This document shows, piece after piece, positions 11,218-21,243 of a DNA stretch of 46,823 nucleotides. The translations under genes were made by a program, and so were the position numbers. Source of the stretch: Pseudomonas sp. (lineage in GTDB: Bacteria; Pseudomonadota; Gammaproteobacteria; Pseudomonadales; Pseudomonadaceae). The notes beneath the pieces are model-generated. The model ran no database searches. It was not told the origin of the DNA and saw only the letters and a program-made list of their open reading frames with translations. Numbering within the stretch: position 1 is the stretch's first letter; each line of letters opens with the position of its first letter. The DNA lies in assembly GCA_035563915.1 (NCBI GenBank), contig DATMUG010000007.1, forward strand, positions 1 through 46,823, in the 5' to 3' direction.

Positions 11218-11820
11218 ATGTTGAAAATAGTCCACCTGCTATTGGGCACAGCAGCCTTGCTGTTGTCCTTCATCCCTAGCCTGAGAACCGAAGCTGTTCC
11301 TTACCTGCAACAGCCCGATGCGCTTTACCTGGCCTTGTTCGGCCTGCTCAACCTGATCCTCGCTCCAGTCATCCCAAACTGGAACAAAGGCCCGCGTCAC
11401 CATCTGCAAAACCTGGTCAGTGCTTTGCTGATGCTGGCCGTCGTTCTGCAAACCCTTACGCTCATCGCGCCAATGCCCGTCATTGCCGGTCAGCCAACGG
11501 TACTGTTCAGCCTGATCGCCGCCTTCATCGCCGTCGTTCTGCATCTGGCCATCAGCTTCTATAAGTCGTCACCTGCCGCAGCTCCAACCAGTTATGACAT
11601 GAGCAACCGCGATACCGGCACCGTCAAGTGGTTCAACACCTCCAAGGGCTTCGGCTTTATTTCCCGCGACTCCGGCGACGATATTTTCGTGCACTTCCGG
11701 GCTATTCGCGGCGAAGGCCATCGCGTTTTGGTCGAAGGCCAGCGCGTAGAGTTCTCCGTCATGAATCGTGACAAAGGCCTGCAGGCCGAAGATGTGATCG
11801 CCGCCTTGCCGCGACGCTGA
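11218..11820 (+). CDS. Cold-shock domain protein with N-terminal multi-TM region
   Basis: About four hydrophobic segments, then a CSD: [15 protein letters not shown] (RNP1) and DIFVHF (RNP2). Confidence 0.88.
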   Translation: MLKIVHLLLGTAALLLSFIPSLRTEAVPYLQQPDALYLALFGLLNLILAPVIPNWNKGPRHHLQNLVSALLMLAVVLQTLTLIAPMPVIAGQPTVLFSLIAAFIAVVLHLAISFYKSSPAAAPTSYDMSNRDTGTVKWFNTSKGFGFISRDSGDDIFVHFRAIRGEGHRVLVEGQRVEFSVMNRDKGLQAEDVIAALPRR

Positions 11821-11831
11821 TTCGACGTAAT

Positions 11832-11871
11832 AAAAAAAACCGCGAGCAGTTGCAATGTTCGCGGTTTTTTT
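11832..11871. terminator. Bidirectional intrinsic terminator between the CSD gene and slyX
   Basis: A8-CCGCGAGCA...TGTTCGCGG-T7 between convergent genes. Confidence 0.85.
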
Positions 11872-11891
11872 ACATCTGGATTTTGACTTGC

Positions 11892-12098
11892 TCAGTAATG
11901 CGGAGGTGGCGCTTCTTCTTCGAAAGTCTCGAACTGACCAGCCATTTCCTCCTGACGCTTGAGCAATGCGGCCATTTGCGACTGCAGGCGCTCAATGACC
12001 CGCTGCTGCCCAGCCAGGACATCATTCAAGGCCTGGATGGTGTCATCCTGAAACGCCAATTGGCTCTCCAGATCGGTAACGCGATTTTCCAGGCTCAT
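11892..12098 (-). CDS. slyX: SlyX family protein
   Basis: [16 protein letters not shown] coiled coil and C-terminal EEAPPPHY. Confidence 0.95.
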   Translation of the reverse strand: MSLENRVTDLESQLAFQDDTIQALNDVLAGQQRVIERLQSQMAALLKRQEEMAGQFETFEEEAPPPHY

Positions 12099-12101
12099 GG
12101 C

Positions 12102-12527
12102 TCAACCCTCCAAAAACGTGAAATCTTCAGGCAATACGCCTCGAAGCCGCTCACGTATCGCGGCGACCTGCGCGGCGCTGTAGGGGATAGCCGGATGCTT
12201 GCCCCAGACTGGAGCCGGCCACGCTGCATCCTCTTTTTTGCGCACGATGACATGCATGTGTAACTGACTGACCACGTTACCCAAGGCCCCGACATTCATC
12301 TTGTCCGCCTCGAAAGCCTTCTTCAGCAATTGCGCCAGCGCGGTGGTCTCCTGCCACAGTAATTGCTGATCGACGACACCCAACTGAAATATCTCGCTGA
12401 TATCGTCGCGACGAGGTACCAGGATGAACCAGGGATAGTTCGAATCGTTGGACAACAGCAACCGAGACAGCGGGAAATCACCGATCGGCAAGGTATCTTG
12501 TTGAAGTCGTGAATCTAAAGCGAACAC
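12102..12527 (-). CDS. HIT domain protein (start set at GTG 12527)
   Basis: FALDSRLQQDT start, YPWFILVPR, KMNVGALGNVVSQLHMHVIVR and DAAWPAPVWG. Confidence 0.88.
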   Translation of the reverse strand: MFALDSRLQQDTLPIGDFPLSRLLLSNDSNYPWFILVPRRDDISEIFQLGVVDQQLLWQETTALAQLLKKAFEADKMNVGALGNVVSQLHMHVIVRKKEDAAWPAPVWGKHPAIPYSAAQVAAIRERLRGVLPEDFTFLEG

Positions 12528-13260
12528 TGCGCGCACCCCCGCCGAAGCATCAATATTCAGCTTAGCGCCCATCCAGGAGGATCGCGCACCAAGCGACAAG
12601 ACGGCAGCATACCTGTGAACGCTACCGTCTTCACGACGAAACACGGCGCTCGCTCGCTCGCAAAATCAAAGGCGTCACAATTGGCCCCAGGATGTGACAC
12701 CCACCGTCAAAACGCACCATGACAGAACCTGAGTCCGCGGCAGAAGCGTCGGAATGACCAGAAAACAGGGGCTCGTTCAATTTCCTCAAGCGACCGAACT
12801 GTGTGAATTGAGTACAGCAATTGAAATTTTTTGCACCAAAACCGTACAGTGCGTCTACGCTGACTGCTTCGAGCATCCGCCAATTACTCACTGGCGGGGT
12901 GAACCGGTAACATTTTTGGTTGTCACTGCGCGGTAACAGGTTGTTCAACACCATGAAAAGAATGGCGTCAACCCCCGAAACCCACGCGGTGAAGCCCCCG
13001 GTTTTATGGGGTTTTTAGGGGTTCAGTCAGACTTTTTGAAAAAAATATCAGCGGCACACTGATTTGTGCACGCTTGTTGCATTCACACCCACATCGTCTA
13101 TCAGGCCCACGGGAAGTGAAGGCCTCAGGACTAAATAAAACAGTGGCAGGGTAGCCCGATGGAGATGCAAACGTTTCACCAGGGACTCTTTTTACCGATG
13201 CGCCAGCCCAGAGAAACAGCACAAAAGTTGTCAGTCCGGTTGCATCGAGGCTGTAAATTT

Positions 13261-13287
13261 GCGACATCTAGCAAGCTGTTTGCGACA
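13261..13287 (-). promoter_or_regulatory. Candidate ArgR (AraC-type) tandem site upstream of oprD
   Basis: Two TGTCGC half-sites on the minus strand (GCGACA at 13261 and 13282), exactly 21 bp apart. Confidence 0.55.
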
Positions 13288-13441
13288 GGGTCGTAAAGAT
13301 GCTGAAAGGATAGATGCGCAAGTATCGCCAACATTGGTCGACGTGATATAAGTTTGCGCCGACACAAAAAGAAAGAGCCGCCCAGATAATAAAACAGGTG
13401 GGACGGCAATACTCTTCTAAAAACCAAAGGAGCAAATCACG

Positions 13442-14770
13442 ATGCGCGTGATGAAGTGGAGCATGATCGCACTGGCTGTTGCAGCTGGTACCTCGCAGTT
13501 CGCAGTAGCGTCTTCCCAGGACGATTCCAAGGGTTTCTTTGGCGACCAGAGCCTGAAACTGAAAACCCGTTTTGAGTACATGAACCGCGACTACAAAAAC
13601 GGCGCAAGCAACCCATCCAACAGCGATTCCGGCTACCGTCAGGACTCCGGTCTCAGCCAGTTGCTCACTTACGAGTCGGGCTTCACTCAAGGCACCGTAG
13701 GTTTCGGTCTCGACGCCATGGCAATGGGCTCGGTCAAACTGGACGGCGGCAAGGGTCACCGTGGTAACGGCCTGTTCGCAATCAACAGCGACGGCGAAGA
13801 AGAAAAATCCCAGGGTAAGGTCGGTGGTGCAGTTAAATTCCGCCTGTCCGACACCGTCCTGAAATACGGTCAGCAATTCGTTGCCAGCCCGGTTTTCGCA
13901 ACCGACGACAGCCGTCTGCTGCCAGAAGTTGCCACCGGTACCTTGCTCACCTCCAAGGAAATCAAAGGCCTGGAACTGAGCGCCGGTCGCTTCACCGCGC
14001 TGAGCAAACAAACCGGTATGGCTCGTGACAGCATCGGCGGTCTGCCTGATGAAGATGGCAACCACGGTAAAGGCCTGAGCGACGGCATCAATATCTTCGG
14101 TGCCAGCTACGCCTTCACCGATAACTTCACCGGCGCAGTGGCTGCTTCCGATGCAGATGAGTACTTCAAAAAGTACTACCTGAACCTGAACCTGACCCTG
14201 CCAATCACCGACGATCAGTCCCTGAACTTTGACCTGAACGGTTACAAAACCAAGGGCGACAAGCGCGGTGATCTGGTTGACGCCATCGGCGACGGCACCC
14301 TGGGTGTGGACAACAACCTGTGGTCCCTGGCAGCTGCGTACAGCCTCGGCGCTCACAAATTCACCGTTGCTTACCAGCAATCCAGCGGTGACAACGCTTA
14401 CTACTACGGCGTTGACGGTAACAGCACCATCTTCGTATCCAACTCCATCCAGATCTCCGACTTCGTGGGTCGCGAAGAGAAATCCTGGCAGGCTCGTTAC
14501 GACATCAACATGGCTACCTACGGCATTCCTGGTCTGAGCTTCATGACCCGTTATGTAATGGGTGACAACATCAAGACCAACGGTCTGGGTGAAGGCAAGG
14601 AAAACGAGTGGAACCTGGAGTCCAAGTACGTCGTCCAGGAAGGTCCAGCCAAAGACCTGTCGTTCCGTGCGCGTTTCGCCAACTACCGCTCGAACGGCGC
14701 GTACAGCGGCTACTCGTCCGACCTCTACGACACCCGTCTGATCATCGAGTACCCGCTGAACATCCTGTAA
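13442..14770 (+). CDS. oprD: OprD family outer-membrane porin (basic amino acid channel)
   Basis: MRVMKWSMIALAV signal peptide, YESGFTQGTVGFG, DSRLLP, EKSWQARYD, C-terminal RLIIEYPLNIL; AAGGAG RBS; next to HIT/slyX/csp/dps as in P. aeruginosa. Confidence 0.9.
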   Translation: MRVMKWSMIALAVAAGTSQFAVASSQDDSKGFFGDQSLKLKTRFEYMNRDYKNGASNPSNSDSGYRQDSGLSQLLTYESGFTQGTVGFGLDAMAMGSVKLDGGKGHRGNGLFAINSDGEEEKSQGKVGGAVKFRLSDTVLKYGQQFVASPVFATDDSRLLPEVATGTLLTSKEIKGLELSAGRFTALSKQTGMARDSIGGLPDEDGNHGKGLSDGINIFGASYAFTDNFTGAVAASDADEYFKKYYLNLNLTLPITDDQSLNFDLNGYKTKGDKRGDLVDAIGDGTLGVDNNLWSLAAAYSLGAHKFTVAYQQSSGDNAYYYGVDGNSTIFVSNSIQISDFVGREEKSWQARYDINMATYGIPGLSFMTRYVMGDNIKTNGLGEGKENEWNLESKYVVQEGPAKDLSFRARFANYRSNGAYSGYSSDLYDTRLIIEYPLNIL

Positions 14771-14801
14771 TCAGGGTGTAATACCGCAAGTACTGTAGAT
14801 C

Positions 14802-14836
14802 AAAAAACGCCCACCTCTTCAGGTGGGCGTTTTTTT
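14802..14836 (+). terminator. Intrinsic terminator of oprD
   Basis: AAAAAACGCCCACCT-CTTC-AGGTGGGCGTTTTTTT. Confidence 0.9.
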
Positions 14837-14920
14837 ATGCCTGCCATATACCCGACACCGCATCAAACAACTTCCGCGAATAACGTTAATACTTTTTTCA
14901 ATGAACTGATCAATAGTCAC

Positions 14921-14955
14921 AAAAAAACCCAAGAGACTTTTATCCTCTTGGGTTT
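14921..14955 (-). terminator. Intrinsic terminator of mscS
   Basis: AAACCCAAGAG...CTCTTGGGTTT stem with a T-run on the minus strand. Confidence 0.75.
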
Positions 14956-14978
14956 ATTCAGTAACAAACAAAACAGAT

Positions 14979-15821
14979 TTATTGCACTGCCGCTTCCTGA
15001 ACCACACGAACTACACGTTGCGGAAATGGAATGTCGATGCCGGCTGTTTTCAAGCGATCACAGGACTGCTCGTTAAACATGAACATCACGTCCCAGTAAT
15101 CCGCCGTTTTCACCCAGACACGCAGGGAAACAGTGATTGAACTGTCGCCCAGTGTCGAAATAACGGCCTGAGGGGCCGGGTCCGCCAAAACACGTGGATC
15201 CTTGGCCAGCTCCAGCAATACCTGACGAGCTTTCTGAAGGTCGGCTTCATAATCAACGCCTACATCGAACACCACCTTGCGGGTCGGCTGACGGTTGGTA
15301 TTGGTGATAATACCGTTCGACAGATTACCGTTTGGCACGATGATGGTCTTGTTATCGCCAGTACGCAGGACGGTATGGAAGATCTGGATACTGTCGACAG
15401 TACCAGCCACACCCTGAGCCTCGATCCAGTCACCGATGCGAAACGGACGGAACAGCAGAATCAGCACGCCGCCAGCGAAATTCGCCAGGCTACCCTGCAA
15501 GGCCAGACCGATGGCCAAGCCCGCCGCACCAATGGCCGCCACAAACGAGGTGGTTTCCACACCGATCATCGACGCCACGCTGACAATCAGCAAAATTTTC
15601 AGAACGATGTTTGCCAGGCTGCTGATAAAGCCTTGCAGGGCCTGATCCGCATTACGCAGGGCAATCAGACTGCCAAGCTTGCGGGTGACCTTGTTGATCA
15701 GCCACCAGCCAATTGCCAGGGTAATCACCGCCAGCAGCACGCGACTGCCGTATTCCATGATCATTGGAATCCAGGCTTGGGACACCTTTACCAGGTTGTC
15801 GACCTCAGCATTCAAATCCAT
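14979..15821 (-). CDS. mscS: Small-conductance mechanosensitive channel
   Basis: GAAGLAIGLALQGSLANFAGG, RPFRIGD, GIDIPFPQR. Confidence 0.93.
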   Translation of the reverse strand: MDLNAEVDNLVKVSQAWIPMIMEYGSRVLLAVITLAIGWWLINKVTRKLGSLIALRNADQALQGFISSLANIVLKILLIVSVASMIGVETTSFVAAIGAAGLAIGLALQGSLANFAGGVLILLFRPFRIGDWIEAQGVAGTVDSIQIFHTVLRTGDNKTIIVPNGNLSNGIITNTNRQPTRKVVFDVGVDYEADLQKARQVLLELAKDPRVLADPAPQAVISTLGDSSITVSLRVWVKTADYWDVMFMFNEQSCDRLKTAGIDIPFPQRVVRVVQEAAVQ

Positions 15822-15959
15822 GTTTGTTCTCCTGATTTCCGGGTAACCGGCACACGAAAAATAAACGGTAGAAAAGATCGAGCCCGTTCAGGGTCAATCG
15901 TTTCTACCGTTGCTTGGGGCTCGGACGCCGAAAACGCCGAGAGGTTCCCGCTCTACAGG

Positions 15960-16445
15960 TCAGTCGCGGAAGTTGTTGAACTGCAGCGGCATGCCGAATT
16001 CCTTGCCACGCAGCGCAGCGATCGCTTCCTGCAGGTCATCGCGCTTCTTGCCGGTCACACGCACCTGCTCGCCCTGAATGGCGGCCTGGACCTTGAGCTT
16101 GGCGTCCTTGATGTGAGCGACGATCTTCTTCGCCAGCTCTTTGTCGATGCCTTCCTTGAGGACGGCTTCCTGTTTCATCAGCTTGCCCGAAGCGAAAGCA
16201 TCCTTGACTTCAAGGCACTGCACATCGATCTTGCGCTTGACCAGGCAGAGCTTGAGGATCTCAATCATCGCTTCAAGCTGGAAATCGGCTTCAGCGGTCA
16301 GGTTGACGGTAAGGTCCTTTTCCTTGAACTCGAAGCTGCCCTTGCCTTTCAGGTCATAGCGACGATCGAGTTCCTTGACGGCGTTCTCGACCGCATTGGT
16401 GACTTCGTGTTTGTCCAGTTCGGATACCACGTCGAACGACGGCAT
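15960..16445 (-). CDS. yajQ: YajQ family nucleotide/c-di-GMP-binding protein (start at 16445)
   Basis: [11 protein letters not shown] start, [19 protein letters not shown] end; GGAG RBS. Confidence 0.95.
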   Translation of the reverse strand: MPSFDVVSELDKHEVTNAVENAVKELDRRYDLKGKGSFEFKEKDLTVNLTAEADFQLEAMIEILKLCLVKRKIDVQCLEVKDAFASGKLMKQEAVLKEGIDKELAKKIVAHIKDAKLKVQAAIQGEQVRVTGKKRDDLQEAIAALRGKEFGMPLQFNNFRD

Positions 16446-16489
16446 GTAATCTCTCCAAATAAAAGGCGCGCCCATGAAGCACGCCTGGC

Positions 16490-17497
<1,008 letters not shown>

Positions 17498-17542
17498 GCA
17501 GAAGCTACGCTGGCCACTTGTTCCTTTGCAGCGATAAACCTG

Positions 17543-19579
17543 ATGCCATTGCGCCAGCGCCTTGAAAACCTTCCGGTCGGCCAGAAACTGCTGGCCGCCC
17601 TGTTGGTGCTGTTGACCACCGTCCTTCTGGTCGCCAACCTGACTTTTATCAGCGCCGCCTATTACATCTCCCAGGAAAGCATGGCGCCCCAGGCCCTGCA
17701 AACCATTGGCCGGCTGGTGTCCAACCCCAGCCTGATCTCCGAAGCCCTGGCATCGCCACAGAGTGCGCAACGCCTGCTGGACGAACTCAACAGCTATTCC
17801 CCCTTGCGCGCCGCCGCCCTGTATGACGGCAAGGGCGAACGCTTGGCCCAGTTGCAACATGGCGATCATCTGAACCTGCCTGACCGCTACCGACATATCG
17901 AATCCTGGCAAGCCACCGAATTTCGCAGCAATCAAGTGATCACCCTGCCCCGCCCGGGCGCCGCCTCCGGGCACCTGCTGCTGGTGGCCAGCAGCGAACT
18001 GCCGATGGCGTTCTACACCGGTACCCTGACCGCCAGTCTGGGCATCCTGATCTTCAGTGTATTGCTGTGGCTGGTGATCGCCCGGCAGATCAAACGCCTG
18101 ATTACCCGGCCGATCCATCAGCTCGAAGAGCTTTCGCGGCAAGTGACCCGGGAGGAGAACTACTCCCTTCGCGCCTCCCGCGGCAACCACGACGAGATTG
18201 GCAGCCTCGCCGAAGCCTTCAATACCATGCTCTCGCGCATCGAAGCGCGAGAGCAGCAGCTCAAACGGGCGCGGGATGACTCCCAGGCTGCCTACGATCA
18301 GGCTCAGGGGCTGGCGGAAGAAACCCGCCACACCAACCGCAAACTGGAACTCGAAGTCCAGGTACGCAGCAAAATCGAAAAGAAACTCACCGGTTTCCAG
18401 AACTACCTCAACAGCATCATCGACTCCATGCCTTCGGCGCTGATTGCCCTCGACGAACAGCTCTATGTGACGCAATGGAACCAGGAAGCCAGCGCTCTTT
18501 CCGGCACTCGTCTGGACGAAGCCCTGAACCAGCCGATCTTCCTCGCATTCGAGCCGCTCAAGCCTTTTCTTCCGCAGCTCAAACAAACCGTCGAGCAGCA
18601 CACAGTCGCCAAGATCGAGCGCGTCACCTGGGTCAAGGACGACGACGCCCGGCATTACGCCCTGACCTTCTATCCGTTGATGGGTGGGGCGGGACGCGGG
18701 GTGGTCATCCGTATCGACGACATCACCCAGCGCCTGTCCCTGGAAGAAATGATGGTGCAGTCGGAGAAAATGCTGTCCGTCGGCGGCCTCGCCGCCGGTA
18801 TGGCCCATGAGATCAACAACCCGCTGGGCGCCATCCTGCACAACGTGCAAAACATTCGTCGGCGTTTGTCTCCTGACCTGCCGAAGAACCTTGAACAGGC
18901 GGAACAGATCGGTATTGAACTGTCCACGGTCAACAACTACCTGCAAGCGCGGGAGGTGCCGCAACTGCTCGATGGTATTCAACAGGCCGGCGCCCGTGCG
19001 GCGAAAATCGTCACCCATATGCTCAGTTTCAGTCGCCGCAGTACTCGGCAAATGGCCCCTTGCGACCTGCCGGCGCTGATCGATCAAGCCGTGGAAATTG
19101 CCGGTAACGACTTTGACCTGGCTATAGGTTTCGACTTCAAGGGCCAAGCCATCATTCGCCAGTTCGACCCCGCACTGGGACCGGTGCCCGGCACCGCCAA
19201 CGAACTGGAACAGGTGCTGCTCAACCTGCTCAAGAATGCTGCACAGGCCATTCACCTACGTGAAGACGACCGCGAGCCTGGGCGGATTATTCTGCGTACC
19301 CGACTCAACCCGCCCTGGGCGGAAATCCAGGTGGAGGACAACGGTATCGGCATGAGCGAAAGCGTGCGCAAGCGCACGTTCGAGCCGTTTTTCACCACCA
19401 AGGAAATCGGTCAGGGCACAGGCCTGGGCCTGTCAGTGTCGTACTTCATCATCACCAACAACCATAAGGGACAGATGGAAGTGCAATCCACCCTGGGACA
19501 GGGCACCTGCTTCACCTTGCGCCTGCCCCTGGCGGGCACTCCGGTGGTTTCTCAAGAACTCAATCAGCTATCGAGGTAA
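17543..19579 (+). CDS. Membrane sensor histidine kinase (2 TM, HAMP, PAS, HisKA, HATPase)
   Basis: DEIGSLAEAFNTM HAMP; AAGMAHEINNPL H-box; QVLLNLLKNA N-box; DNGIGM, FEPFFTTK, GTGLGLS. Confidence 0.93.
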   Translation: MPLRQRLENLPVGQKLLAALLVLLTTVLLVANLTFISAAYYISQESMAPQALQTIGRLVSNPSLISEALASPQSAQRLLDELNSYSPLRAAALYDGKGERLAQLQHGDHLNLPDRYRHIESWQATEFRSNQVITLPRPGAASGHLLLVASSELPMAFYTGTLTASLGILIFSVLLWLVIARQIKRLITRPIHQLEELSRQVTREENYSLRASRGNHDEIGSLAEAFNTMLSRIEAREQQLKRARDDSQAAYDQAQGLAEETRHTNRKLELEVQVRSKIEKKLTGFQNYLNSIIDSMPSALIALDEQLYVTQWNQEASALSGTRLDEALNQPIFLAFEPLKPFLPQLKQTVEQHTVAKIERVTWVKDDDARHYALTFYPLMGGAGRGVVIRIDDITQRLSLEEMMVQSEKMLSVGGLAAGMAHEINNPLGAILHNVQNIRRRLSPDLPKNLEQAEQIGIELSTVNNYLQAREVPQLLDGIQQAGARAAKIVTHMLSFSRRSTRQMAPCDLPALIDQAVEIAGNDFDLAIGFDFKGQAIIRQFDPALGPVPGTANELEQVLLNLLKNAAQAIHLREDDREPGRIILRTRLNPPWAEIQVEDNGIGMSESVRKRTFEPFFTTKEIGQGTGLGLSVSYFIITNNHKGQMEVQSTLGQGTCFTLRLPLAGTPVVSQELNQLSR

Positions 19580-19582
19580 GCC

Positions 19583-20164
19583 ATGGGCTTTCGCTTGTCG
19601 AAGATTTACACCCGTACCGGCGACAAGGGCGAAACAGGCCTGGGCGACGGCCGTCGCGTACCCAAGGATCACCCGCGGATCGAGGCCATCGGCGAGGTCG
19701 ACTCATTGAACAGTCAGGTGGGCGTACTGTTGGCCGGGCTGGCGGCAGCAAGCGACGAGCATCCAGGACTCAAGGAAGTGATCGAGGTGTTGGCGCCTTG
19801 CCAGCACCGGTTGTTCGACCTGGGTGGCGAATTGGCAATGCCGGAATACCAGGCGTTGAACAGCACAGAAATCGAGCGCCTGGAAGCTGCGATCGACCTG
19901 TGGAATGAAGAGCTGGGGCCGCTGGAGAATTTCATCTTGCCGGGCGGATCAGCGTTGATCGCCCAAGCTCATGTGTGCAGAAGCCTGGCCCGCAGCGCCG
20001 AGCGTCGCTGCCAGCATTTGAATGCGCTGGAGCCGTTGGCCGGGGTGGGTCTGGCGTACATCAATCGGTTGTCGGATCTGCTGTTTGTGGTGGCGCGGAT
20101 GATTGCGCAGCATCAGGGGGTTGCGGAGATTCTTTGGCAGGCGCCAGCCAAGCCTGAGGTTTAA
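19583..20164 (+). CDS. PduO-type cob(I)alamin adenosyltransferase
   Basis: KIYTRTGDKGET, FILPGG, RSLARSAER, YINRLSDLLF. Confidence 0.92.
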   Translation: MGFRLSKIYTRTGDKGETGLGDGRRVPKDHPRIEAIGEVDSLNSQVGVLLAGLAAASDEHPGLKEVIEVLAPCQHRLFDLGGELAMPEYQALNSTEIERLEAAIDLWNEELGPLENFILPGGSALIAQAHVCRSLARSAERRCQHLNALEPLAGVGLAYINRLSDLLFVVARMIAQHQGVAEILWQAPAKPEV

Positions 20165-20185
20165 GCGGTGTATTTCAGGACGCCT

Positions 20186-20273
20186 TCGCGGGCAAGCCCG
20201 CTCCCACAGGATCCGTGGTGTGCACAGACTTTGTGCGCGACACCAACCATTGTGGGAGCGGGCTTGCCCGCGA
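20186..20273. repeat. REP doublet/REPIN (GTGG family)
   Basis: TCGCGGGCAAGCCCGCTCCCACA ... TGTGGGAGCGGGCTTGCCCGCGA between convergent genes. Confidence 0.92.
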
Positions 20274-20298
20274 TGAGGCCAGCAAGATCACCGCCGGA

Positions 20299-21243
20299 TC
20301 AAACCTCAGGCCAAAACGCCCGAATCCCCGCCACACCCTGGGCACCCGCCGCCCAAGCCTTCTGAACCTCCGCCGGGCCTACACCACCGAGCAGAAACAC
20401 CGGTTTGCTGAAGCCTTCAATCAAGGTCGACGCCTGTTCCCAGCCCAGCGGCTCAGCCCCCGGATGCGTCAGGGTCGGCTGCACCGGCGACAAGGTCACG
20501 AAGTCCACGCCCATCTCCTCGGCCAACGCCAGTTCTTCGGCGTTGTGGCAGGAGGCGGCCAACCAGCGCGATGCAGGCAGTGGCCGACCGGCGGCCGCGT
20601 ACTTGCGTAACTGCGCCGAAGTGATGTGCCATCCTGCGGAGGGAAAGTCTCCCAGCCACTCGAACGGCCCCTTGATCATCAACTGCGCCTTGCCGGCACA
20701 CAGGCCTGCGGCATCGACCGCCAGATCACGGTATTTCGGGTCGTAACCGTTCGGCGCGCGCAATTGGATCAACTTGATACCGCCCGCGATGGCTTTCTGA
20801 ATCCCGCGCAGCAAGGCCGGAGCCTCCAGGTCTTCCGGAGTGATCAAGTACTGCTCGGGCAACCGCGCGGCGGTGACGATCGGTCGGTTCGCTTCGGGGA
20901 ACTCATAGCCGGGCAACTCTCGCGGCGTCACCCACGCCAATGGCTGACCTTCAGCCCCATGTGGCTCGCCGGTAAATGCCGAGACTTCCCAGACGTCCAG
21001 CATCACCTGTTTGTCCGGGTAATCGTGGTGGACCTTGATCAACGGGCGCGCCGCGCTGACCACGATACCCAGTTCTTCCTGCAGCTCACGAGCCAGTGCG
21101 GATTCAACCGACTCATCAGCCTCGACCTTCCCACCCGGAAACTCCCACAGTCCGCCCTGGTGCTGGGTATCGGCTCGGCGGGCAATGAGGATTTTGCCAC
21201 TGTCGTCACGGATGACGGCAGCCGCTACGTGTACGCGTTTCAC
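20299..21243 (-). CDS. mutT: Nudix hydrolase MutT fused to a thiamine-phosphate-synthase-like domain (GTG start at 21243)
   Basis: Nudix box WEFPGGKVEADESVESALARELQEELG; C-terminal ASCH, SPVQPTLTHP, LLGG, GVAGIR; GTGA overlap with the GST stop. Confidence 0.85.
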   Translation of the reverse strand: MKRVHVAAAVIRDDSGKILIARRADTQHQGGLWEFPGGKVEADESVESALARELQEELGIVVSAARPLIKVHHDYPDKQVMLDVWEVSAFTGEPHGAEGQPLAWVTPRELPGYEFPEANRPIVTAARLPEQYLITPEDLEAPALLRGIQKAIAGGIKLIQLRAPNGYDPKYRDLAVDAAGLCAGKAQLMIKGPFEWLGDFPSAGWHITSAQLRKYAAAGRPLPASRWLAASCHNAEELALAEEMGVDFVTLSPVQPTLTHPGAEPLGWEQASTLIEGFSKPVFLLGGVGPAEVQKAWAAGAQGVAGIRAFWPEV

